Assembly: GCF_006345805.1 (NCBI RefSeq)
Contig: NC_043003.1
Span: 105,586,001 to 105,650,000 of the forward strand
Reading direction: 5' to 3'
Origin: Octopus sinensis
Taxonomy: Eukaryota
DNA: 64,000 nucleotides
Shown here: in pieces, positions 37,461-49,200 of the stretch
How positions within the stretch are numbered: position 1 is the stretch's first letter
Layout of the letters: every line of letters starts with the position of its first letter
Translations under genes and position numbers: made by a program
The notes under the pieces: generated by a model
The model's database searches: none
Told to the model about the DNA's origin: nothing
Seen by the model: the letters and a program-made list of their open reading frames with translations, nothing else

Positions 37461-39607
37461 TAAACTGTTTCTTACTAAAAAAATTAATTTTTACTATGTA
37501 TTTTTACCCTGTATTATACAACTCTTATTTCCTATGAAAATTAATTAATATTTGATATATTTTCACAGAAATTCTTTCTGGAAGAGAATTTATTGCACAC
37601 TAATTAAATATATATCAACTTTATATGTTAATGCTTTTTAATCCTGTTAAAGCATTTCTAAATTTTAATTAATGAGAAATGGAAGTCATAAAATTAATTT
37701 TTGTTAATGAATCAGAAGAAGACAGTTGCAATGAGCTTTCCACACTCTTCCAGACTGGTTATATTGATCTGGATGATGCCCGGCCTAAATATCTTCAGAT
37801 CAATGTCAGCAGGAAAATGTGGCTGGTGAGGGAAGCAGAAATCTTGCTTGAAATTCTTGTAGTAGTGATCTTTGCTAAAGCCACTGAAGAAGTAAATCCT
37901 GATATTCAGCCAATCAGCGAATGAATTATTTGATAAAATATGTCAAGAACAACTCTTTCAAACACCTATTGCACAAATGTATATTAAAATTAAAATTTTA
38001 ATCTTTGTTGTCATTTTCATTTGAAGCCCATTTTTCCATACTTGCATGGGGGCAGATTTTCTATCAGTGGATGCGCTGCCTGTTGCCAGCACTCTTTTCA
38101 GGCAAGGAAATATTTCCCCATGGCCAAAACATATTTTTCATGGAAGACTGGAAACAAGCAACATAATTTGGATGATAGTGATGATGATGATGATGTTCAT
38201 TTAAAACCATCACATGATGTCTAGACAAGGGAACACACCAATACACATACACAGTTACCTTCGCCCAGTTTCTCATTTCTTTATTGCCCACAAGGGGCTA
38301 AACACAGAGGGGCAAACAAGGACAGACAAAGGGATTAAGTCGATTACATCAACCTCAGTGCATAACTGGTACTTAATTTATTGACCCCGAAAAGATGAAA
38401 AGCAAAGTTGACCTCGGCGGAATTTGAACTCAGAATGTAAAGACAGACGAAATACTGCTAAGCATTTTGCCTGGCATGCTAACGTTTCTGCCATCTCGCC
38501 GCCATATAAATGTTCAAATATTGCAAAATAAATAATAAGTTAAAAGGTATTGGATAATTTTTAGATGGACTCTGATATTAATCTGAATCTGGGCAGGGCA
38601 ATGGAATGGCAGAATCGTTAGACCGTCGGAAAAAAATGCTTTGTGGGATTAGTTCCAGCTCGCTACGTTTTGAGTTCGAAACCCACCTGCTGGCCTTGTG
38701 TCTAATTTAGAAATTAATATTATTAGGGCAGTGGATTGGCAGACTCATGGGAGTATCGGAAAAAAATAATGCAAGTATTTCATCCTGTCCATTATGTGCT
38801 GGTTCAAATCCTGCTGAGGTCAGCTTTACTATTGTAATGAAAGATACCACACACACACACATACATACATATATACAAACATACATACATACGTACGTAC
38901 ATACATATATACATACATGCATGCATACATACACATGCAATACAAGGCAATGGCCTTCTTCCAGTTTCTTATTTCTTTATTGCCCACAAGGGACTAAACA
39001 CAGAGGGGACAAACAAGGACAGTCAAAGGGATTAAGTCGATTCTATCGACCCCAGTGTGTAACTGGTACTTATTTAATCGACCCCAAAAGGGTGAAAGGC
39101 AAAGTGGACCTTGGCGGAATTTGAACTCAGAACGTAGCGACAGACGAAATATCGCTAAGCATTTTGCCCGGTGTCCTAACGGTTCTGCCAGCTCGCCGCC
39201 TTCGTCCAGTTTCTGCCTACCAAATCCCCTCACAGTTGTGCATGAATTTGTAGAGGTGAGATAAGTTTTGTTAGTTGTTGGGTTGTAGAGGAACCAGTGA
39301 GGAACATTTTATGTAACTCATCAAGACAATGTAAAGGAACTCTTGTTAATTTTGGGCAGCTGGTGCTTACAGCAGCAAGTTCTTCTTGACAGCCAGAAGA
39401 AGTCAATCGTTTCGGAGTTGGCTCACTTGCTGCATACACAATGCAGCATTGGTAACCGAACATAAAGCATCACCTTTCAGGTAGTTGCTACAGGACTGAC
39501 TGAGCTCTCTACCATTTTAATCAATGACATTCCTTTATAGCAATCACACAATACCAAGACAAGAAGACAAACACACACACACTTACATAAATATACATAC
39601 ATACACG

Positions 39608-39676
<69 letters not shown>

Positions 39677-39681
<5 letters not shown>

Positions 39682-39809
39682 TAAAGCAGCAGAAAATTCA
39701 ACAAAACCTGTTACTCTGAGTTTCCCGTTGCCGTTCATTGGACTCCGATGAACGGCAACGCGAAACTCAGAGTAACAGGTTTTGTTGAATTTTCTGCTGC
39801 TTTAAATAA
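39677..39809. mobile_element. PLE-type fold-back element with a partial hammerhead core
   Basis: 62-bp arms (1 mismatch), 9-nt loop; CCGAUGA-ACG-GCAA-CGC-GAAACUCAGAGUA on the plus strand; follows (TA)n. Confidence 0.65.
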
Positions 39810-40171
39810 AGCATATTACTCTACCACTGGTATTTGAGTACTCTTTTTTCCACCTTGTTTCACATCTATAAAGTGCTTAGCTGTATGGGTGACCCATCAG
39901 ACTGGAATGGCTGGAGGCACATAACCTCTCTCTCTCTCTGTATGTATATATATATATATATATATGAGCTCCTTTCAGTTTTCATCTATCTAATCCACTC
40001 ACAAGGCTTTGGTCTGCTTGGGACTATAGTAGAGGATACTTGCTCAAGGTTCTATGCAGCAGGACTGAGTCCAAAACGACATGATTGGGAAGCAAACTTC
40101 TCAACCAAAGAGCCATGCCTGCATCTATTAGACACATCTGTGCCTATGTGTGTGTGTGTGTGTGTGTGAAT

Positions 40172-40468
40172 AAACAATTCCAGTGCGGAAGGTGTTTATA
40201 AGCCATTTAAGAAACACACAAAAACCGTTAGATTCACTTCGACATTTAAATTTAATTTGCCAAAATATTTTCGTCGCTTTGAGACCACAACCTGATCACT
40301 GACAAAATTATGTGCTGTGTCTCTGTGCTAAATCTTGTCAGTGAACAGGTCGCGGTCACAAAGCGACAAAAATATTTTGGCAAATTAAATTTAAATGTTG
40401 AAGTGAATCTAATGGTTTTTGTGTGTTTCTTAAATGGCTTATAAACACCTTCCACACTGCAATTGTTT
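40172..40468. mobile_element. PLE-type fold-back element, ~135-bp arms, hammerhead motif in both arms
   Basis: 40172-40306 vs 40334-40468, ~27-nt spacer; follows (TG)n. Confidence 0.7.
40256..40306 (-). ncRNA. Minimal type-I hammerhead ribozyme motif, G3-C8 core variant with one extra nt after A9
   Basis: UUUGUCA GUGAUCA G GUUGU GGUCUCAAA GCGAC GAA AAUAUU U UGGCAAA: 7-bp stem I, 5-bp stem II, palindromic stem III. Confidence 0.65.
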
Positions 40469-40731
40469 TCGTTCCAGCACACGATCTCAGATCAGGTCAC
40501 TTGCTATGCAAGTACATCTCCAAATATATATATATATATGTTGCACTGTTGAACTCTGCACATATTTTCTCTCTCCATTTTTTACCTCTCAATCCTTTCT
40601 GTTGAAGAGCATCAGCTCAAAGCATAAAAGACTTCTCCATCTTTCCCAAGTGTTAAACTAATGAACCTGCTTGTTGTTCCTTTTGTCTCTTGTTTTCTAT
40701 AAATTTGATCTATATCTATCTATCTATCTAT

Positions 40732-40941
40732 AATCGGTGGATGCACGCAGTTGTCGAGTGGTACCCGCGTGAGCGGAAAAGACCACCCGGAAGACCTCCA
40801 CGATGGTGGAGTGACGATTTCAAGAGGACGATTGGGATCACGTGGATGAGAAAGGCGTGATCCAGAGAGGAGTGGACAGCATGCTGTGACCAGCGGTGTC
40901 AAATGGACGCCTGACGGACTGGTCGGTCAAAGTGAAAGTGA
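40732..40941 (+). mobile_element. 3' fragment of another RTE-type LINE
   Basis: RWMHAVVEWYPRERKRPPGRPPRWWSDD..TWMRKA*SREEW, then GTGAAA-type tail. Confidence 0.8.
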
Positions 40942-41959
40942 TATATATATATGTGTGTGTGTGTGTGTGCAAAGGCATGTGGCTTAATGGTTATGGCTAT
41001 TCAGCTCATGATTGTAAGGTTGTGTGTTTGATACCCAGTGGCATGTTGTACCCTTGAGCAAGACACTTTAATTCACATTGCTCCCACTCCACTCACCTGA
41101 TAAAAATGAGTTATACCTGCATTTCAAAGGGTCAGCTTTGTCACATTCTGTGTCACACTGAATCCCTCTGAGAACTACATTAAGGGTACATGTGTCAGTG
41201 GAGTGCTCAGCCGCTTGCATGTTAATTTCACAAGCAGGCTGTTCCAGTGATTGGATTGACTAGAACATTCATCGTTGTAACTGACGGAATGCAAGTCCTA
41301 CATTGCTACCTCATCCTCATTTAGGCTTCACAGCCCTTCCTGTTTGTTTCCACTGTCCTGTTTGTGTTACCAATTTTGACCCTCTGCAAAATCCCAAATT
41401 TTATTTAATTTGCTTTGCAGGAGTAATTGTCTTATCGAAAGCATATATTGTCGTTAAATGCTTGAAATACAAGAGTAGAAAAACAGCCAACAACTGACGA
41501 AGGGTCATTCTTTATGTTGTTGTCTTGGTTTCCATTTGTGTCTTTTGTTGTTAAAAAAAATAGTTCATATTCCATGTACTTGAACTTTGTAATTTTTTGT
41601 CGTACATGTTTCGTGACTTCCTGTGCCCACATATTTATATATCACTGTGATCACCGTGACCGACCAGGCTATCAGATGTTGCTACATATCACTGGTCACA
41701 ATGCGCTTCACATTGTTTTAGCCTTCAAATGATGCCACCCCGCTGGCTAAGCGAGCAGGCCAACAGAAGAAAGAGTGAGAGAATGTTGTGGCGAAAGAGT
41801 ACAGCAGGGATCGCCACCACCCTCTGGCGGAGCCTCATGGAGCTTTAGGTGTTTTTGCTCAATAAACACTCACAATGCCCGGTCTGGGAATCGAAACTGC
41901 AATATCCTACAACTGCAAGTCTGCTGCCCTAACCACTGGGCCATTTGTCTCCACACATA

Positions 41960-42091
41960 TTCATATTATATATATATATGTTATACATATATATACATAT
42001 ATAATATAATATATCTATAATACATATATATATATATATATATCTATGAATATACATATATATATATATATATATGAATATACATATATAT

Positions 42092-42173
<82 letters not shown>

Positions 42174-42310
42174 TATACATATACATATATATATATATTA
42201 TACGTTTAAATATTGTTGTGCAAGATTTATATATAATATGACCATTTCCGAAATATAACAATAATATATATATATATATATGAATATACATATATATATA
42301 TATAATATAT

Positions 42311-42343
<33 letters not shown>

Positions 42344-42374
42344 GGATATATATATATATATATATGAATATACA

Positions 42375-42413
<39 letters not shown>

Positions 42414-42568
42414 TAATATGAATATACATATATATATATATATTATATATATTATATGAATATACATATATATATAGATATATATATATATATATATGAA
42501 TATACATAATATATATATGAATACATATATATATATGATATATATATATATAGTATATATATATATGA

Positions 42569-42615
<47 letters not shown>

Positions 42616-42632
42616 TATACACATATATATAT

Positions 42633-42663
<31 letters not shown>

Positions 42664-42686
42664 GAATATACACATATATATATATA

Positions 42687-42728
<42 letters not shown>

Positions 42729-42759
42729 TATACATATATAATATATATATATATATATA

Positions 42760-42816
<57 letters not shown>

Positions 42817-43020
42817 TATACATATATTATATATATATATAATATATATATATATATGAATATAACATATCATATATATAGATAATATATATGATATACT
42901 AATATAATATATAATATATATATATATAATATATATGAATATACATATATATATATATAATATATATATATATGAATATACATATATATACTATATATAT
43001 ATATATATATATATATATGA

Positions 43021-43051
<31 letters not shown>

Positions 43052-43155
43052 TGATATACATCTCTATATATATATATATATATATATACACTATATTATA
43101 TATATATATATATATCTATATATATAAAATATTAAATTATATATATATATACCCA
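41960..43155. repeat. ~1.2-kb interrupted (TA)n microsatellite
   Basis: Direct reading; recurrent GAATATAC interruption. Confidence 0.95.
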
Positions 43156-43338
43156 CACACACACACATATTGGTTGTTAGAGCTCTTCTGGATGGGAGGT
43201 TTGCATTTAAATATTTCGCTTAGGCATTGCAAGGCTAATAAACTAGTGTAGAACTCAATGTACCGACGCTTCAGGATGGAGCGTTAGTCGAGTACAGAGC
43301 ATGGTAATAAAAAAGAAGAGATGACACAGGAATGAATG

Positions 43339-43529
43339 ATTATCTTAGCTTACAACTGTTTCTGCTATAAGATGCAGTGCGCTCATAGGTGAGTGCTTGA
43401 GTTACATTTTATAGTAGACTTCATATCAAGGCTCTGATGAAGCTATAAGGTGTTACTCAAGCACTCAACTATGAGTCTGCTGCATCTTACAGCAGAACAG
43501 CTGTGAGCTAATGAAGTTCATAAGATAAT
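43339..43529. mobile_element. Degenerate PLE-type fold-back element with an extended-stem-II hammerhead remnant
   Basis: Imperfect inverted arms; CTGATGA at 43434-43440; GAAC-AGCT-GTG at 43495; GAAACAGTTGTA on the minus strand of the left arm. Confidence 0.55.
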
Positions 43530-43562
43530 TGTTTTTTTTCCTTTGTTATCTTATTTTCTCTC

Positions 43563-43628
<66 letters not shown>

Positions 43629-43831
43629 TTTTACTTGTTTCAGTCATTTGGCTGCGGCCATGCTGGATCAAAAATATAAGATCCAAGTGGACTCCAAAGC
43701 CACTGGTATTAGTTTGTGCTGGCAAGACTTGTATTATTTAATAAAATTGACAAGAAGAATGAATACAGTGAACTCACCATGGGGAGTGGAAAATCCAACA
43801 TTTCAGAGTCCTTCTGCTCCACTCCATATAT

Positions 43832-44285
43832 ATCATCTTCATCATTTAACGTCCTTTTTCCATGCTGGCATGGGTTAGACGGTTCAACTGGGGTCTGGGA
43901 AGCCAGGAGGCTGCACCAGGCCCCAATCTGATCTGGCAGTGTTTCTACAGCTGGATGCCCTTCCTAACGCCAGCCACTCTGACTATAGTGGGTGCCTTTT
44001 ATGTGCCACCAGCACAAGGGGCCAGAGGAGCTGGCATTGACTACGATCAGATGTTGCTTTTTACATGTCACCGGCATGGAAGCCAGTCAAGGCGGCACTG
44101 GCATCGGCCACGTTCAGATGGGTGCTTTTTACGTGCTACCATCACGGGGCTCACAACTACAATTTCCATTTTATTTGATTTTGATATTGCTGATGTTGAT
44201 GTACTTGACTCAATGGGTCTCCTCAAGCATGGTATGTCGCCCTATGATCCAAGGTATTTTGAGTGGGCTGGTTATGCGACACTGA
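43832..44285 (-). mobile_element. RTE 3' end fragment
   Basis: Same motifs. Confidence 0.85.
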
Positions 44286-45117
44286 TGTAGATTACTGCTG
44301 TGGACTCACTTTATATATATATATACACACACACACACACAAATATATGCTGTGGAGCAATAGTGATGAACAGCTTTCACTCCATAAACGATTTGCCAGT
44401 TGCCATATCCTCCAATACTCATGCATGCATGAAGGTACTGCAGCTGAGAGGGACCACTGCCCAGGGGCCAAACTCGATACCCAAATCAACCTGTTCTTAT
44501 CACTTCTTTTCCCATACCTTTAAGGGAAACTCATGGCAGACGAAGATGAGTTGGACTTGTCTTTCTTTCTCTCAGCCATGTACAATTGTCCTGTCTCGCA
44601 ATTGTGGTTGAGAAATCATGTTTGATCTCTTTATGTATGTAGCCCCCCTCCCCCCCCCTGCTTCACACTCCAGTTTAACCTCAAAATAAGAAAAAAAACA
44701 AGCATGACAATAGCGATTTTGAGTTTTAGTCACCATGGCTACGACTCTTTTTTATTTATTATATATACATAAACATATGTATACAACAAACAACCTCTGC
44801 TGTTTTGTGGGGTAATTTATTGAGCATTTATATAAAAGGGCCAAAGGAGTAAAGCCCCTATGGATAATCCAGAGAGAGGGATCCTAAAGCAGATATGTCC
44901 AGTTATATTTAACCAATCTCTGGCATACTCTGAAGCACCATGATGCTGTGAATGTATTGACTTGTTCTTCTTTCATTGTGTATCCCTAGGTGGAGAGGTG
45001 CTGTGTGTGTTGGGGGGAGGCTAGGTACTTGTTCCTGGAAACAGCCCAGCTACAGCAGAGGTGGTCAAGTTACTGTTTCTGTCATACTGTTAGCCAATAA
45101 TGGAAAAAGATAACCAG

Positions 45118-45156
<39 letters not shown>

Positions 45157-45158
<2 letters not shown>

Positions 45159-45328
45159 CCCGGGTTGAGTCGGGGTTAACCACAGTAAATAAGGTACTCA
45201 ATACATAGCAGAGTAAATTAATTTATTTTATAGAAGGAGCTTCTACAGGACTAGAACTGTAAATTAATTTACTCTGCTATGTATTGAGTACCTTATTTAC
45301 TGTGGTTAACCCCGACTCAACCCGGGAC
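45157..45328. repeat. Perfect 69-bp inverted repeat with 34-nt spacer, embedded in (TA)n
   Basis: 45157-45225 is the exact reverse complement of 45260-45328. Confidence 0.9.
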
Positions 45329-45332
45329 CTAC

Positions 45333-45363
<31 letters not shown>

Positions 45364-45434
45364 AATACCCAACAAATGAAGTGAGTTCATGGGTTGCAGG
45401 ATAGCCTGCTGTGCTAACCTTGGATTGTAGAGTG

Positions 45435-45848
45435 ACCCGCTGTTCTTGAGGAGACCTATTGAGTCAAGTATGTTAACACCAACATCAAAATAAAAATCAA
45501 ATGGAAATTGTAGTTAACACACCTGTGCCGGTGACACGTAAAAAGCACCGTCCGAACGTGGCAGATGCCAGCGCCACCTGTCTGGCGTCCGTGTTGGTGA
45601 CACGTAAAAGCACCAACCGATCATGGCCGTTTGCCAGCCCCCTCTGGCCCCTGTGTCGATGGCACGTAAAAAAACACCCACTACACTCACGGAGTGGTTA
45701 GTGTTAGGAAGGGCATCCAGCTGTAGAAACTCTGTCAAACCACACTGGAGCCTGGTACAGCCTCCATGGCGTACCAGACCCCAGTCGAACCGTCCAACCC
45801 ATGCCAGCATGGAAAACGGATGTTAAACGATGATGAGGATGATGATGA
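45435..45848 (+). mobile_element. RTE 3' end fragment
   Basis: Same motifs. Confidence 0.85.
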
Positions 45849-46063
45849 CACACACATATATTATAGATACATACATGGATGCACAACTTACTCACAAACA
45901 ACACACACTTCACATGTCTGTGTAATTTTTGTTCAATATTTGTTCAACTAATGCTAGCAAGAAAAAAACAGACATAAAAACAAGCAAAATATATATTGTG
46001 TGCTTATGAATATATATATATTGTCTGTGTACAAATATATATATTATATGTACACACATATAT

Positions 46064-46107
<44 letters not shown>

Positions 46108-46455
46108 ATGTATGTAAAAAGCACTTAATCTTTTTAATGATTAATGCTTGTAGCAAATAAGAGCAGGAAGGAGAGAGATTGAGATTTTGTAGATGGGGGG
46201 GTGTTAAGTCACTTAAGGTCTTAAAAAAATCAATATTTCCTCTGGCTTCAGAAAAAGGTGTAAGTTTTAAGTAATATCTCTCGACTAATTAAACTAATAT
46301 TTGATTAATCCAATTTGAATAAAAGCAACATTGTAATCCATTAAAAATTGAGATAGTCAGCTTTTGCTGGTTTAGATTATACAAAATTGGAACCAATACA
46401 CAACACACACATATACATACCTACTATATTTATAAATATTTAAATAGATATATAT

Positions 46456-46492
<37 letters not shown>

Positions 46493-46808
46493 GTATGTAT
46501 GTATGTATGTATGTATGTATGTGTGTATGTAAGTGTGTATGTATGTGTGTATGTATGTATGGGGGAAAATAAGTTCAAAAGAGAACAATTCAAACTTTTT
46601 GAGAGGTCCAAAAAGAGAGAAAGAATGATTTCTAATAGAGATTCATCATATTCATAAAAAACAGCCAGAGCAAGTAATAAGAATATGAAAATAGTAGTTG
46701 AAAAATATCGTTATAGGTATAACGATATACCATAAATAAATATAGGAAAATGGGGGAGAGACAGATGTTGAATGAAACTTAGATTTAATCCTATTTTGTA
46801 TAATACCT

Positions 46809-47222
46809 GTTTCTTTATTACCCACAAGGGGCTAAACATAGAGGGGACAAACAAGGACTGATAAACGGATTAAGTCGATTACATCGATCCCAGTGCATAA
46901 CTGGTACTTAATTTATTGACCCCGAAAGGATGAAAGGCTAAGTAGACCTCGGCGGAATTTGAACTCAGAACGTAATGGCAGACGAAATATCTATTTCTTT
47001 ACTACCCACAAGGGGCTAAACATAGAGGGGACAAACAAGGACTGACAAATGGATTAAGTCGATTACATCAACCACAGTGTGTAACTGGTACTTAATTTAT
47101 CGACCCCGAAAGTATGAAAGGCAAAGTCGACCTCGGTGGAATTTGAACTCAGAACGTAACGGTAGACGAAATATGGCCATGCATTTCGCCCGGTGTGCTA
47201 ACGTTTCTGCCAGCTCGCCGCC
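46809..47222 (-). mobile_element. Head-to-tail dimer of the Nin-like SINE inside one 17-bp TSD
   Basis: tattttgtataatacct at 46792-46808 and 47224-47240. Confidence 0.9.
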
Positions 47223-47572
47223 TTATTTTGTATAATACCTAATTTTGATTCAACATCTTTTTCTTCCTCCATTTTTCTATACTTGTTTATGGTATATTTA
47301 TACCTATAATGATATTTTTCAACTATATATATATGCACACATACATACATATATGAATACATATAGGCATAGAAGTGGCTGTGTGGTAAGTCGCTTGCTT
47401 ACCAACCACATGGTTCCGGTTTCAGTCTCACTGCGTGGTACCATGGGCAAGTGTCTTCTACTATATCCTGCGGCCGACCGTGTACATATATATATATATA
47501 TATATATTGATAGAAATGGTAAGACAACAAAAGAAAGAAAGAGACCTCGATATTATGTAAATAGAGGAATTT

Positions 47573-48082
47573 ATCTGTAAATGTAATATGTGACAATTAT
47601 TCTGTAGCCATGATAAAACTCTGAGTTTCGGATGCCGAGGTGGAAATCCACGCCCCCATCTCTTCAGTTATCCGGCACCTTATGGTGCGCGTGTGTGTGT
47701 GCGGGTTTGTATATATATACATATACATTTGGTGAAGGATGAGAGTGAGGATGTGTACGTTTTCAAGTGAGGGTGGATGAATGTATACTTTTAGGTGCAT
47801 GCACATGGGTGTGCGGGTGCACATGTGTAGGTATGAACAGGCACGCTTACACGAATACTATGAACTTTTTACCCCCTTACTTAGCGGTCATTCAAATAGC
47901 TCTTTTGTCTTAATAACGGTCAACCACACAATAATTTCCCTTTGTATAACGGTCAATTTTCATAGCATGTTTCCGATGACCGGATAACTGAAGAGAAGGC
48001 GGCGTGGATTTCCACCTCAGCATCCAAAAGTCGGAGTTTTATCATGGCTACTGAATAATTGTCACATATTACATTTCCAGAT
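47573..48082. mobile_element. PLE-type fold-back element, 103-bp arms, ~300-nt spacer
   Basis: 47573-47675 vs 47980-48082; hammerhead motif in each arm; flanked by (TA)n. Confidence 0.7.
47612..47672 (-). ncRNA. Type-I hammerhead ribozyme motif, canonical CUGAAGA/GAAA core, extended stem II
   Basis: GAUAA CUGAAGA [31-nt stem II with GAUG/CAUC and GUGG-AUUU-CCAC] GAA ACUCAGAGU U UUAUC; one unpaired C before G12. Confidence 0.7.
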
Positions 48083-48224
48083 ATGTATATATACAACGAG
48101 CTTCTTTCAGTTTCCGTCTACCAAATCCACTCACAAGGCTTTGGTCAGTCTGAGGCTATAGTAGAAGACACTTGCCCACGGTGGGACTGAACCTGGAACC
48201 ATGTGGTTGTTTAAACAAGACCTT

Positions 48225-49200
48225 TCGTGATATGCTGTGCTTGAGAAAAACCATCAAGCCAAGCGAAACCGTAGTCGTGCTGGTGTCGCATAACTGGCAC
48301 ATAAAGAGCCCCTTACAAGCATTGGGCCTCATGGAGGTAATGACCAAGACCTTTGGTCTTGACAAGAAGACCCATCAAGCTGAACAAAATCAGTTGTGTC
48401 ACGCAAACGGCACCCGAGCTGGTGGCATGTAAAAGCACTCATTATACTCTCAGAGTGGTTGGCATTAGGAAGGGCATCCAGCCCTAGAAACTATGCCAAA
48501 TCAGATTGGAGTCTGATGCAGCCTTCCAGCTTTCCAGTCCTGGCCAAACCATCTAATCCATGCCAGCATGGACAACAGACATTAAATGATGATGATGATA
48601 TATGACAGGCTTCTTTCAGTTTCTGTCTACTAAATCCACTTATGAATTTGACCAACCTGGGGCTATAGAAGACAACACTCGACCAAGGTATCAAACCCTG
48701 TGACTGAACTCAGAACCAAGCTTCTCAACCATACAGCAACATCATCATCATCATCATTATCATCGTTTAATGCCTGTTGTCCATGCTAGCATAGGTTGCA
48801 CCAGGCTCCAGTCTGATCTGTCATTGTTTCTACAGCTGGATGCCCTTCCTAAAGCCAACCACTCCATGAGTGCTTTTTATGTGCCACCGGTACAGGGGCC
48901 AGTGGAGGCTAGCAACGTCCACAATTGGTTGGTGCTCTTTATGTGCCACCGGCATAGACGCCAGTGAAGGCGGCGCTGGTATCAGCCACGTTTGGATGGT
49001 GTTTTTTACGTGCCACCAGCATGGGTATCACAACTACAATTTTCATTTGATTTTTATTTTGATGTTGACGTACTTGACTCAATAGGTCTCCTCAAGCACA
49101 GCAGGCCGTCCTACGAGCCATGAACTCACTTCATTTGTCGGGTCTTCGCAGTCACAGCATATCTCCAGAAGTCTCGGTCTTTCGTCATTGCCTCTGTGAG
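48225..49200. mobile_element. Two oppositely oriented RTE 3' fragments separated by a SINE piece
   Basis: 48225-48600 (+) and 48740-49200 (-). Confidence 0.75.

Noticed and set aside
37679-37924. 81-aa plus-strand ORF
   Set aside because: No recognisable motif or splice partners; adjacent to a decayed transposon
40909-40941. CTGACGG-act..agt-GAAAG hammerhead look-alike
   Set aside because: A9 is absent, there are no stems I/III, and it is explained as the stop codon and tail of an RTE fragment
41421-41497. Apparent terminal exon GVIVLSKAYIVVKCLKYKSRKTANN*
   Set aside because: No upstream partner exons found, and it runs into a PLE-like remnant
42046-43251. Many long Tyr/Ile-rich ORFs (also 49-956, 17591-18265, 60247-60840, 62560-63162)
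   Set aside because: They are translations of (TA)n/(CA)n microsatellites and adjacent SINEs, with no coding signal
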